Sequence record: LC680884.1
Strand: one strand, 5' to 3'
Length of the DNA stretch: 64,000 bases
The notes under the pieces were generated by a model. The model searched no databases. It was given only the letters and a program-made list of their open reading frames with translations, and had not been told where the DNA came from. Made by a program: the position numbers and the translations under genes. Of the stretch, positions 19,135 through 30,600 are shown in pieces; the first letter of the stretch is position 1; every line of letters starts with the position of its first letter.

Positions 19135-20067
19135 ATGTCTGAGTTCAACTTATATCCTCATATTGATATAATCAAAGAATATGATGTATATAGAAGAGGA
19201 GATCCAAAAGATCATGATGTATTAGTAAAAGGTATACCATACATTTTTATTACTACACCAAAATTAAATCTAGATAAACTTAACACTCGAAGAGATAGTT
19301 TTCTAATGTATTTAGAAACATTAGAACCTGATCTTTTTAATGCACTAACTACTAATGGAAAAACAGTTAGTCCATTTATTAAAATTTTAACAAATGCATT
19401 TAGAGGAATGGATGGTAAGGATTTAGCGGCAAGGACAATTGATGTTGGAGAAACATTCTATGGATATAAACAAACTTTACCAATTTCACTTGTAGATAGT
19501 CTAGTTGGTGATACTACTACTGTTAAATTTGAGGAATATAAAAGTCTACCCATTATTAAGTTACATAAGGCATGGGTAGAATATACTGAAAATGTAAGAC
19601 GTGGTACATTTTCACCTTCAAAAGATGCTATAAAAAAGAGATATTTAGACTATGTGAGTTCAATTTACTACTTTCTTTTAGATTTTGATGGTGAGACTAT
19701 TTTATATTTCTCTAAATATACTGGTGCAGTTCCTATTTCAGTTCCCTATGCTAACCTAGCAACTGATGGCAAGGATCATGATATTCCAGAAATATCAGTA
19801 GAATATAGTTACTCGTTCAAAGAAGATCTAGATCCAGCAATCCTTATGGACTTTAATAAAGTAGCAACATTAGATTCTGAAGCGTTAAGATATTCAACTG
19901 AAGGTTCTAATAAAGGTGTTATTCCCTATACAACGAATGATTTATTACCTTATAACTTTACTGAATCTAATGTGAAAGCAACTAAAGTTCTTGTTGTTAA
20001 AACTGATCCTTATGAAAATGATTCTCTACATCCAAAGACATCATTTAAACTTAAATTCTTTAAATAG
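19135..20067 (+). CDS. Putative tail-tube-fold/baseplate structural protein
   Basis: Late operon, directly upstream of the wedge gene; beta-rich C-terminal half. Confidence 0.45.
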   Translation: MSEFNLYPHIDIIKEYDVYRRGDPKDHDVLVKGIPYIFITTPKLNLDKLNTRRDSFLMYLETLEPDLFNALTTNGKTVSPFIKILTNAFRGMDGKDLAARTIDVGETFYGYKQTLPISLVDSLVGDTTTVKFEEYKSLPIIKLHKAWVEYTENVRRGTFSPSKDAIKKRYLDYVSSIYYFLLDFDGETILYFSKYTGAVPISVPYANLATDGKDHDIPEISVEYSYSFKEDLDPAILMDFNKVATLDSEALRYSTEGSNKGVIPYTTNDLLPYNFTESNVKATKVLVVKTDPYENDSLHPKTSFKLKFFK

Positions 20068-20078
20068 GAGGAGACACA

Positions 20079-22793
20079 ATGGCAGAAGAGAATAGTATTA
20101 TAACAGTCAATAATACATCTTATAGTATTGAGGATAAATGGCTAGAAATCGCTAAAAAATATTTTGGAATTGATGATAATGATGAAGTGAGTATTAGTTT
20201 ACTTAAAGCAGGTTTATTTGGATATAATAATGAAGTTATGTCCAATGAGATAAAGAATAATATTTATCATAGAAATATCCTGTATGATGAACATTTCCTA
20301 AACACAGCATCTATTCCAAAATCTATTTATAATTTTGCTAAAGTACAAAATTCACAGATCTCTATGGCAACACCATCACATATGAAGATTAACTTTAGTG
20401 TAAAGAAAAGTGATGTTATAAATAGTACAAAATTTAGAAAAATTGATTCAGATGAGAATCTATCAGATTCTGATAGTGCTTATGAGTTTATCATAAATAA
20501 TGATTATTTGCTTAGTGTTGGGGATTATAATTTCATGATTCCATTTCCAATTCAATTAATCTTTAAGGCAAATAATGTTAATAATGATTATAGTGTAATC
20601 GCTAGATACATGTACGATGAATCTACTTTTCCATTTTTTACAGTTAAGAATCCCTATCTAAAACTATGGGAAGCCAACTATAATGGTGAGAAATATATTT
20701 TCATGGGTGTAGATATTTATCAAATGGAAAAAGATACCAGTTCAATCACTGTCTCATCAGAAGATATATCGGAAAATTTATTTTATGATATTAACTATCA
20801 AGGACAACTTGCCTATTTTAATGTATACTACACATATAATGGAGAACGTGAATTATTAAAAACTTACTTTAATAACACTTATACACCTCCTGAAGATGAA
20901 AAGTATTGTTATTACACTTTTATAGATGACAATAAAATTGAAATATCATTTTCTGCCTTACCAAATAATTTCAGACCACGTTTTAATTCAACTTTAGAAG
21001 TAGAAATATTTACTACTGACGGATCAACCGCTAATTTCTCATTTAGTGGAGAAATTCTTATCAACTATCTAAATGATACTGAAATGGGTAGAATACCTAT
21101 TTATATTCAACCTATTACTGATGCTTCTGGAGGTGCTGATAAACCTTCTTATGCTGATATTAAAAATAAATTAATTGAAGATTATTTAGTGAGAGATAAT
21201 CTTATTACAGATTATGATCTAGACTTATACTTCAATAAGATTAATTCTTCTGATAAGATAAATAACAGTAAGATTAAGTTCATTAAAAAGAGAAATGATG
21301 CAATTAAGAGACTATGGAATTCATATATTCTTTTGAGAAACAATGAGAATATGGTGATGCCAACAACAACTATTCCTTCATTATTTATTAGTAATAATGA
21401 AATGTCAAATAATAATTATATTATTCCAGAAAATAGTGCAGTAATTTATGATATTGAAAATGATATCTATTTTATGGTTTGGCACAAATTAGAGGTAGAA
21501 GAGTATCTTAATAATCCAAAATATTTAGTATATGCAATTCCTTATCTTATTAAAGTAGAAAAGGATCCTGTTTTATCATCCATTTACTATAAAACTCATG
21601 CAAATAAAGATGTTAGCTTATCCTATAATTATATTAATCCAAGTATTCCTTATCAATTTATGGTATCATCTTTTGATTTAACTAGAGATAATATGTCAGA
21701 AGATGTATATAAATTTAATCTATCACTTGTAACAAACTTAATTGATGACAATTTTGATGATAATGTTAAGATACGAGGGATACTTAAATCAACTACTGGG
21801 GAAATATATGGCTATTTTGATTTCAATAGAACTAGTGATACAGAGTTATTATATGAAGGGTATCTAGCAACAGAAAAGTGGAATTCAATTAGCAATAACA
21901 AATTGAATATTTATAATAGTCTTTATACTCTTGATTCAAGTCCTATTTTGGATAATGAAGGGATGACTACTGTTAAAAATGCATTTATTGATAGTGATGT
22001 TAATCTTGATGTTGTAATTCTCTATAAAAATGATTTTAGTACTGAAAAGACTACAGATGTATTAAAAATGCCAGATATGACTGATTTTGGTGTAGTATGT
22101 CTACTAAGAAATGATGATCCTATAAATCTATTCTCAAATATGTCTAATGTAATTGAGAGTAATATATTTCCAACTGAAAGTGGTTTTAAATTAAAATCGA
22201 TTCCATTAATTGAATATACTTATTTTCAATATAATTATCCGTTAGTCTATGATTTAATGGATAAATTTATTTTATCTCTAACGGACAATATGGATAAACT
22301 TGAGAATAATACAAGTATTGATGTTAAATTTTATAACACTTATGGTAAATCATCTTGGTATGATACAGGAAAAGTTTGGGATAGTACTCAGAATAAGTAT
22401 ATATTAAAGGGTCTGGATAGAATTGATCTTGACCTTAATCTCACTATATACGCTAATAATGCCGTTACAAGTGAAACAGATATTGCAATTAAAAGCTATA
22501 TTTCAGATTTTGTAGAAAGCTGTAATGATGAAGAAATTTTCCCTATTTCTAATTTAATCAGACGATTAGAAGAGAATTTTGATATCATAAGATATATTGA
22601 GTTTAATTCAATTAATGATAAAGTTGTACAAAAGATTGAATCTAGTCATTCATCATTCTTAGATATGACTAAACAAGAAATTATTGATTATGTACCTGAA
22701 TATTTAAACCTAAGAAAGCAATTATCTTCAAATAATACTGATTTGGGTGTTGAACAGTATTATACACATACGATAACAATTAATTATATCTAA
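20079..22793 (+). CDS. Baseplate wedge protein (T4 gp6/baseplate J-like)
   Basis: ASGGADKPSYADIKNKL...RDNLITDYD resembles the gp6/J motif GG.D.ES...R.VT..DY; 904 aa. Confidence 0.65.
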   Translation: MAEENSIITVNNTSYSIEDKWLEIAKKYFGIDDNDEVSISLLKAGLFGYNNEVMSNEIKNNIYHRNILYDEHFLNTASIPKSIYNFAKVQNSQISMATPSHMKINFSVKKSDVINSTKFRKIDSDENLSDSDSAYEFIINNDYLLSVGDYNFMIPFPIQLIFKANNVNNDYSVIARYMYDESTFPFFTVKNPYLKLWEANYNGEKYIFMGVDIYQMEKDTSSITVSSEDISENLFYDINYQGQLAYFNVYYTYNGERELLKTYFNNTYTPPEDEKYCYYTFIDDNKIEISFSALPNNFRPRFNSTLEVEIFTTDGSTANFSFSGEILINYLNDTEMGRIPIYIQPITDASGGADKPSYADIKNKLIEDYLVRDNLITDYDLDLYFNKINSSDKINNSKIKFIKKRNDAIKRLWNSYILLRNNENMVMPTTTIPSLFISNNEMSNNNYIIPENSAVIYDIENDIYFMVWHKLEVEEYLNNPKYLVYAIPYLIKVEKDPVLSSIYYKTHANKDVSLSYNYINPSIPYQFMVSSFDLTRDNMSEDVYKFNLSLVTNLIDDNFDDNVKIRGILKSTTGEIYGYFDFNRTSDTELLYEGYLATEKWNSISNNKLNIYNSLYTLDSSPILDNEGMTTVKNAFIDSDVNLDVVILYKNDFSTEKTTDVLKMPDMTDFGVVCLLRNDDPINLFSNMSNVIESNIFPTESGFKLKSIPLIEYTYFQYNYPLVYDLMDKFILSLTDNMDKLENNTSIDVKFYNTYGKSSWYDTGKVWDSTQNKYILKGLDRIDLDLNLTIYANNAVTSETDIAIKSYISDFVESCNDEEIFPISNLIRRLEENFDIIRYIEFNSINDKVVQKIESSHSSFLDMTKQEIIDYVPEYLNLRKQLSSNNTDLGVEQYYTHTITINYI

Positions 22794-22800
22794 AAAGAGG

Positions 22801-23640
22801 GTGAACTTAATGGAAACATTTTCCAGTAAAAATACAAAGTTTAGAAAGAGACGGTTTAATCAATCACTTGGATTTTCTGAAGTTTTATCTGAAGGTAAAA
22901 AACAGGAAGAAGTATTTAATGAGAGCGTTATAAATAATATTGAAGAGACAAATAATGAAGTTGCCTTCCTAGCTGGTAATAAACGTGCTAGACAAAAGAG
23001 AGCTAGACTTATTGAAAAGAAACAATTTGAAAGTCAACAGTCTAAAGAATTACTTGAACATTTTTTATCTAGTGTAGTATATAACGCTCTACCTCTTGAT
23101 GAAGATGTTAAAAAATTAAACAAAGAATATATGACTAAACAAGTTAAAGGAATTACTGATAATCTTATTTCAAATGGAACTTTTGAAATGGTTAAAAGTA
23201 CTACAATGCAAAGTGTTATGGAGTCAATTGAATATCATATTGAAAAAATGTTCCCAGTTAAAGATAATGAAGAGGATGTAAAAATCGTTAGTGAATCATT
23301 TAATAAGGATATTAAAACGTATGTTGAGTATGTATCCGAGGTAATTACCAATAAAGTAGTTAATGTTGTTAAAACTGAAAGAGATATTGCTGTAGCTATT
23401 AGTGAATCTGAAAGCCCAATTAAACCAAAAGATACTCTATTTAAAAATCTTCAGGTTCAAAATGTTAAAATGGCTTTAAAAGAGAATGAAAAGACTGAAG
23501 TAGATCAGGAAATTCTTGAACAAGCAATGGCTGAAAGCCTATTTGATTACACTCTATTGGAAACACTAAATACTCTAAGATTAGTAGAGTTTGATGGAGA
23601 ACAATTAAGAAAAGCCCTTCCTAGATTCTTTAATAAATAG
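22801..23640 (+). CDS. Putative virion/head protein
   Basis: 279 aa, Glu-rich, many xxE motifs, end of late operon. Confidence 0.55.
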   Translation: MNLMETFSSKNTKFRKRRFNQSLGFSEVLSEGKKQEEVFNESVINNIEETNNEVAFLAGNKRARQKRARLIEKKQFESQQSKELLEHFLSSVVYNALPLDEDVKKLNKEYMTKQVKGITDNLISNGTFEMVKSTTMQSVMESIEYHIEKMFPVKDNEEDVKIVSESFNKDIKTYVEYVSEVITNKVVNVVKTERDIAVAISESESPIKPKDTLFKNLQVQNVKMALKENEKTEVDQEILEQAMAESLFDYTLLETLNTLRLVEFDGEQLRKALPRFFNK

Positions 23641-23643
23641 AGT

Positions 23644-23683
23644 AAAACGATAAATCATATTATATAATATGATTTATCGTTTT
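23644..23683. terminator. Bidirectional terminator between convergent genes
   Basis: 19-bp perfect inverted repeat with A/T flanks. Confidence 0.75.
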
Positions 23684-23685
23684 TA

Positions 23686-24105
23686 TTAATTACATATAAC
23701 ACCTGAAATTACATTAAGACCATTATTTCTTAATGCATTAATTACTCCCTCAGTATTTCTTCCGCAGTCTACAATAAATTTATGATTTTTATAATCATCT
23801 AAATTTCCAGTTATCATCTGTAAAGAATAAATTCTACCATAATTAAACTTTTCTGATAATTCTTCTACTTCAGAATGAAGAGTAACTACACTCAGATCAT
23901 ACTTCTTAGCTAATTTAATAACAGCAGTTGTCTTTCCTACTCCTTTTAAATTAGTAGTAACTAATTCATTGCGTGCAATTGCTTTTTCAATAGTATTCTT
24001 TACTTTATTGTAAACAGGTTTTGTTAGAATTACATCATCTAAGTTAATAATTTCTTCATCAATTAAATCTTTTGTACCTTTTAATTTTAATGCTTGTTTC
24101 CACAT
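23686..24105 (-). CDS. Hypothetical protein with Walker A-like motif
   Basis: NLKGVGKTT. Confidence 0.6.
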   Translation of the reverse strand: MWKQALKLKGTKDLIDEEIINLDDVILTKPVYNKVKNTIEKAIARNELVTTNLKGVGKTTAVIKLAKKYDLSVVTLHSEVEELSEKFNYGRIYSLQMITGNLDDYKNHKFIVDCGRNTEGVINALRNNGLNVISGVICN

Positions 24106-24132
24106 TATGAAAACCCCCTGTAATCTTTTTTA

Positions 24133-24639
24133 TTAAATAAAATAAAGTACTTGAATGTTATTTCCCTTGATATCAGGTCTAATTGTATAAATATTTGAAA
24201 TTAGAATATCTTTGATATCATCTGGAATATCTGAAAATAAATCATTTAATTTTTCTGTGTCTTTAATACAATCAGTAACAAAAGTAGAAAATTTAGAGAT
24301 AACATCATTAAAGATGTATTCAGTAATAATATCAATTTGAATTGACTCAGTTTCTTCTGGATCAGAACCTTGTACAGAATTAATTTTATTTGTTAGTTCA
24401 TCTGATACATATTTTAAAATAAAATTTGGTCTTTCTTTTTCAATATATAATCGTGAAGTTTTACTTCTAAAGTCAAAATGTTCAGATTCATCAATAATAT
24501 CTCTCATCTTATTGATGAATAAATCCATATCAAAAAAACTAGTAATATCCTTTTTAATTTTATTTACTTTCACAATATTTTCAATGTCACTTTGGTTGAG
24601 ATACTTTGATGTATCCGCTAAAGATTTAGCGTTTTCCAT
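24133..24639 (-). CDS. Hypothetical protein
   Basis: 168-aa ORF with GGAGGA RBS. Confidence 0.7.
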   Translation of the reverse strand: MENAKSLADTSKYLNQSDIENIVKVNKIKKDITSFFDMDLFINKMRDIIDESEHFDFRSKTSRLYIEKERPNFILKYVSDELTNKINSVQGSDPEETESIQIDIITEYIFNDVISKFSTFVTDCIKDTEKLNDLFSDIPDDIKDILISNIYTIRPDIKGNNIQVLYFI

Positions 24640-25232
24640 AGTTCATTTTCCTCCTCATTTGCTCTTCCCCGAATTTCATCTGGCTTTAAATCCATGTAAA
24701 ATTTAATATAAGTTGCTTGGTTTTCCCCATAAAATTTTCTCACTTTAAGTTCTACTACTTGATTATCATCTTTCCAAAATAATTTAGAACAAACATCCAT
24801 TGCAGTTTTAGCAACATTATCTAAGTCTGGTTTAACAATAGGTCTTATAATTCTCTTAAATATAGCATATACTAGTTGTCTTTTTGTAAATGACTTAGGT
24901 GGAACAGTATATACATCAATAATGAAAGTAATTTTACCTTCTCCCATTTTAAAGTTTTCATAATTTTCTAGTTGTTCTTTTAATTTTCGTCTTATCTGTT
25001 TCTTATAAGTATTTAATGGATCATATAGATGTGATGAATTACCTGCCAATCTATTTCTTACATATGGTTCTATTATGCTATTCATGTTAATATTAACAAC
25101 TACTTGATTATCATCTAATTCATTAATTATTAACTCAATTTCAGTATTTTTAATTTTTTCTAATTTCTTTTTTTGCGATTTGGTAGTTTGTGAAATACTA
25201 CCTTTTTTAAATGCCAAGAATTCTACCTCCAA
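24618..25232 (-). CDS. rusA: RusA-like Holliday junction resolvase
   Basis: KPDLDNVAKTAMD...WKDDNQVVELKVRKFY. True start may be the TTG a few codons downstream of the GGAGG. Confidence 0.85.
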   Translation of the reverse strand: MEVEFLAFKKGSISQTTKSQKKKLEKIKNTEIELIINELDDNQVVVNINMNSIIEPYVRNRLAGNSSHLYDPLNTYKKQIRRKLKEQLENYENFKMGEGKITFIIDVYTVPPKSFTKRQLVYAIFKRIIRPIVKPDLDNVAKTAMDVCSKLFWKDDNQVVELKVRKFYGENQATYIKFYMDLKPDEIRGRANEEENELWKTLNL

Positions 25233-25246
25233 TCAGATTTAATTTC

Positions 25247-25258
25247 TATTAATCTGTT
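25247..25258 (-). promoter_or_regulatory. AR9-type late promoter AACA-N6-TA
   Basis: AACA-GATTAA-TAG. Confidence 0.6.
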
Positions 25259-25299
25259 AGGCATATTCTTTAAAAGTTAGGAATTTAGAATTGTATTAA

Positions 25300-25333
25300 T
25301 TAAGAAAGAACCTAAATAAAGGTTCTTTCTTAA
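25300..25333 (-). terminator. Intrinsic terminator
   Basis: 14-bp stem TTAAGAAAGAACCT / AGGTTCTTTCTTAA. Confidence 0.7.
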
Positions 25334-25334
25334 T

Positions 25335-27670
25335 TTATCTTAATATATTATTAAACTTACCTTGTAGTTCATAGAAGAAGTCAGCAAATTTATTACCAAC
25401 TCTATCTTTAATTCCTGAACCTCCATCAAGGAAAGTAGTAAACAATAATGAATTTGATAGTTTTCTATTAATTAATGATTTAAATTTAAGAAAACTTAAT
25501 TGGTCTGGTCTTATTCCTGCCATATTTTCTAAGAATGATGCAATTCCCAAATTATAAGCAAGTAAACCAATATCTTTAATTTGAATCATTTGCGGATATA
25601 AATCTACTACGTTCATATTAACTTCAATCATTTGCGGATGACCGTCAACTGTCCAAAGACTATCAGCTCCGCCTTTAGTAATAGTCAAGCTTGTTACTAC
25701 TCCCATATCTATGTCAAAATACATTATCTTCCATTAGATTCGCTACATCTAATGCGTTCTCTTATGAACTGCTCTATGTTTCCATAGAGATGAGACTATA
25801 TCTTCACCCTCTCTAAAGAGGGGATTCCCGTTTCCATTTAAGGGATTTTCACCCACTCCAAACACTTGAGCCGTACTCCTATTGCCTATTTTTAGGCTAC
25901 TCATAATCTAACGATTACTTTCGGATAGTCGTTGAACGTTATTATTAGTAAAGAAGTCTTCTAGAATTATATCAACAGTATCCCTATATTTATATGGTAT
26001 TCTTAAAAGTGGAATATTATTAATCTTACAATAATTATTTTTATATTATTTTGTTTATTTTACTATTGATATAATTTTTTATTACACAATCTAAAACTAA
26101 TAATCTTCGCTGCTGATTATCTTCATCACAACATGTTAAGACTTTCCAGCAATTAGAGAATGATTGTTTCTTATGATTACTCATAAGCCGAGCTATTTAG
26201 TTAACCCGGACGAGACATTCTTACAAAGAATGGTTGCTGATATCCTAATAAACCGTCTTGACGCATAACCTTCCACTGAGTCGCTACTTCAGTGCGTTCT
26301 CTTATGAACTGCTCTATGTTTCCATAGAAGTTGAGACTATATCTTCACTCCAGCTTTTTGCCTTCATCATGCTCTTTGTTTCCCATATAGTATTAGTTTA
26401 CTATACTTACATTTATGCCTAAATGTAACCACGCTTGTGGGGTACTCTACTTCCTTCCATCAAATGATGTGGTTTCGATAGTCGTTGAGCTAGTAACTTC
26501 CATGTGGAAGTTTTAACTAGTTGCTGATTGTCCAATCTTATTAGTTTTTAAACATTCACGCTCACTGTCACCAGTCACGTTGTAGTCTAATAAGCTCTAA
26601 GGATGTTCCAGCAGTTAAAAGAGTTTTAATTGCCCCGTCATTTAAGGCAATGCTAATGCTAATAGTGCTATAAAAGGTACATACACGTATCTAAATATAC
26701 TTTCTCTATCACCATAAGGACTATAAAATTTGAAACTAATATTATAAGATTTATCAAATCTAGAATCTTGCCAAAAGTCAGGGAACATTAATTGTGATCC
26801 ATTTACAACACGAAATAATGCATTTGATGTACGAGTGATAATTCCATCAAATGAACCTAATGATTCTAGTACACCAATTGGATTAGCCGCTTTAATTGAG
26901 TCAACAATACGAGATGTTGTACTTCCTGTAGGATATAATAAATCTGCTTCCCTTAAAGTAGCCGCTTTCTCACTTACCATTTCTGCTGTTCTAGAAGCCG
27001 CATAAGTATTATCAGCTGACTCAGAAATAGTTGTAGATTTATCTGCATAAAAACATAATCCATAATTTTTAAAACTATTATTAAAGTCATCTGAGAATCT
27101 ATATAAATCAAATATGCCATCCATTGCCATATATGAATGTATAGTACTTAACATAGTTTGTACATATTTAAAGTATTCAGAATAATCTGCTTTAAACCCT
27201 ATGAAACGAAGGTCATTACCACTTTTTACTCCTCTAACTCCAAAATTAAAAATACTATTTGGATTATTTTGAAAATCCATTAATGCACGAGAAAGAGTAG
27301 CAGGAATAATACGTTTTCCTGCTACGTCAATCATATTTCTATTAATAGATGGAATTCCGGGAACCATGTATATATTAGGAATATCTTGAATAATGGTTTG
27401 ATTGTATACTCTTCCCGAAGGATCCGCTAAATCATTGTAGTATAAAGGTAAGCCTAATACACTATCTGATTTATATGGATTCCATGTAGGTGTAGCATAA
27501 GAACCAGAACCACCCTTAGAAGATCCAATTAACGCTTCAAAACCATCAGTATATTCTACACTTGTTCCAAATCCACCTTTTGAATCTGAATTAGAGTTAC
27601 CTTCTTGGAAAAACTCATCTCCAATTATCTGTGACTGTTGTTCATCAACGTTTTGCTGTTCATCTGCCAT
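25335..27670 (-). CDS. Spliced tail-tube initiator/baseplate junction protein (T4 gp48/gp54-like), 490 aa; exons 27670-26645, 26263-26204, 25721-25335
   Basis: Removing two introns gives ...ALLALALP|RQDGLLGYQQPFFVRMSRPG|YFDIDMGVVTSLTITKGG...DGHPQMIEV in one frame; directly downstream of the tape measure gene. Confidence 0.8.
25722..26203 (-). mobile_element. Group I intron B (482 nt) with endonuclease relic
   Basis: P1 CCGGGU/GCUCGG with U-G; core elements AAUUGCUGGAA, AAUCAGCAGC, GUUCAACGACUA, GAUAUAGUC; terminal G at 25722. Confidence 0.9.
26264..26644 (-). mobile_element. Group I intron A (381 nt, ORF-less)
   Basis: P1 UUGCCU/GGGCAA; AACUGCUGGAA, AAUCAGCA, CUCAACGACUA, GAUAUAGUC; terminal G at 26264. 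Confidence 0.9.
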
Positions 27671-27687
27671 AATAAATCACCTCTCTA

Positions 27688-30600
27688 TTAATAACCCTTT
27701 AACATACTATCTGTCTCTGGAGAAATACTTGAAGAACTGTAATTTGAACCTGAAGAAGTATTATTGACTACTGTTGTTCCACCAAAACTTTTATTATCTC
27801 TAATATCAATAATGGCTTCAAGCATCTTAGCCAGAATACTATTTCCTTGTTTGCTGTTCTCATTAATTTGTTTAAGAATACTTTGCATTTGAGCAATTTC
27901 ATCAGAGTTCTTAAGCATTTCAGTAAAATCATTTCCAGTTATAGTACTTCCAGTGTTACTTTCTGAAGAAGAACTTGAAAGTTTTGGAATAGAGCTTAAT
28001 GGACTTACTAATGAACTTGATGCAGTCGATTTAATATTTGATGTTGTTCCAGTGCCAATTCCTAATGCAGAAAATGGATTACTTGAAGAATTGGAATTTA
28101 GATAGTTATTCTTAATACTATTCGCTTTAGAAATAGTATTATTTCCAATTGACCATCTTAAGTCTCCCATTGCTTTATCAGATGTTGAAAGTAAATTTGC
28201 CACATATGCAGAACCAGAAGTTAATGCTTTTCCAGCAGATGAACCAAGACTAAATCCACCAATACTCTTATATGATGAAGAAGGAGCTGAGTCATAACCT
28301 GCTGTACTATTTGTATAGCCTCCACCTGAAGAAGCTGAGTCAAATGGATTATCGTAAAATTGACTGCGATCATTCATAACCTTAGACGCTGTTGAACCTG
28401 TTGATGAAGAATCTTTTGTATCTTTATCACTATCAGATGAAGTATTTGCTTTTTCTCCACCATCTTTAGCTAACATTGCTAATGCATCTTTTTTCTCTCT
28501 TGAGAATCGGTTCACAACACCTTTACGAATAGCGGCAGAAGAACTAGGGAAATATTTCATACCATTATTAGCCGCACGCTCTTTATAAACTGCATTAATA
28601 ATTTCAGAATCAGACATATCATTTGCTTTACTACCAAGTGCATTCTTCCAAACATTAACAGCACCAGCAGTTCCATGTTGAACAGCAGTAGATAATAATA
28701 CCGCTTGAACAGCTGTAGAACGTTTACCAACATCTAAACCAATTGCAGATTTGATTTTACCTGCCGCTGGTCTAAAATATTGATCTGCAAAATATTGATC
28801 TTGAACTTTTTCAAATTCTTTTGGATTTTCCTTATATATCTTCTTCCACACTGCCGCACTTTGAGAGGTACTATTATAAGCTGATTTTAATTGTTTTTCC
28901 CAATCTTCATGACCATAATCACTAAGCTTATTAATAAAAGATTTATAAGACCCAGTATTTCTTGCAAGTTGATATTTACCAAATGATTGCCCACCAATAT
29001 CACCAGAACTATTTGCTACCGTTCCAGCATTACCACTAGACTCATATTTAGCGGCTAGTGCTCCAATACCAGAACCAATTTTACCAGTATAAGAATCGCC
29101 ACCTGAATTACTATCATCTTTTCCTCCACCAAATAAGCCTTTAAACCAGTTACCAATCTTATCAAAGATACCACCTGTTTTACCAGTAATCATTCCCCAG
29201 ATACCACTAAAGAATGTACCACCAGCACCAATTGAGAAGAATTTACCTAGTTTTTCGACCCAAGCAGAGATTTTATTAATAGGTTGCTTACTGTTTTCTC
29301 CCTTTTCAGCATCTCTTTTTTGATCTTCATCCTCTTTTTTTCCAAACATCTTAGAAAGTCCTAAAGCACCTAATCCTAATCCTCCACCAATACCTCCGGC
29401 GAGTAATAAAGGATTTTTCTTAACTGTACTTAATGCTTTTGAACCAAAATCTTTAATCTTGTTACCAAATCCATAAATCCCTTTTGAAACTTTTTCTTTA
29501 TCAGCTAAACCAAATGTAAGTCCACTTATAACACTACCTGCTCCTGCAGATACTTTTTGTCCTAAAGTAGCTTTTTCAGTTCCAAATATTTGGTTAGCGT
29601 TCTGAACGCCATTAATAGCATCCATAACACCCATTCCTGCTGTAGCAACTAATCCTACTCCCGGAATGAATTTTGCTAATCTACCTGCCCCTCTAAGTGC
29701 TGTTCCGGCTCCTCTAAGAAGTCCTTTAGCGCCTCCAGAAGCCGATCCTGCTACTCCACTAGCACCTGCCGCCGTAGTAGCCGCCTGTGTAGCTGATGCG
29801 CCTGTAGTTGCGGCTTGAGCAACTCCAGCACCCCCAGATGCCAATCCTGCACCAGCACCTAAAGCACCAATTCCTGCCATTCCTCGTCCACCTAGACGAG
29901 ATAATCCTCCACCAATTCGACTGAACATACCTCTAATTCCTCGTCCAGTTGATTGATTTCTTCCCATTCTAGTAGAGTTTTGTGCTAAATCAGTTGCTCC
30001 TTCAATAGCTTCAGATGCACCACCTCTATTGCGATTAAAGAGACCGCCAATTCTACCAAAGATTCCTCTCCGTCCAGCTCTTCTTCCAGCTCTAGTACCA
30101 GTATCTCTTCCTCCACGTCCAGCAATTTTATTTCCAATTACCTCACCAATAATATCACCTGCAATATTACTCAGTGTTCCGCTTAAAAAACCTCCACCAG
30201 AAGACTGTTCACCTGTAAGGTTATTTCTATTTCTTTTCTTTCTACCACCTTTTAAGTTTTGAAGAAGGCTATTTTCATTATTTTGACGTCTTTTTTTAAA
30301 CTCTGCAATTTGTTCTACTGCAGAGTTTCCATCACTAATATGTGTCTGAACCTTAACTACTTCTCGGATTTTATCTAGAGAACCGCCATCTACAAAGACA
30401 TGCAGTGAATCACTTTTACGATTAAATACTCTATCTATAATATCTGGCATTGAAAAAGATCTTCTATTAGAAGAAGATTTACTTTTTTTATGCCCTTTAC
30501 GACCAGATAGTTTATTACCAATACCTGAAGCGATATCTCCTACTTTTGAAATGCCTCTCATACCAAGGCTTAAGCTTCCACCAATAAGGCTACCTGCTCC

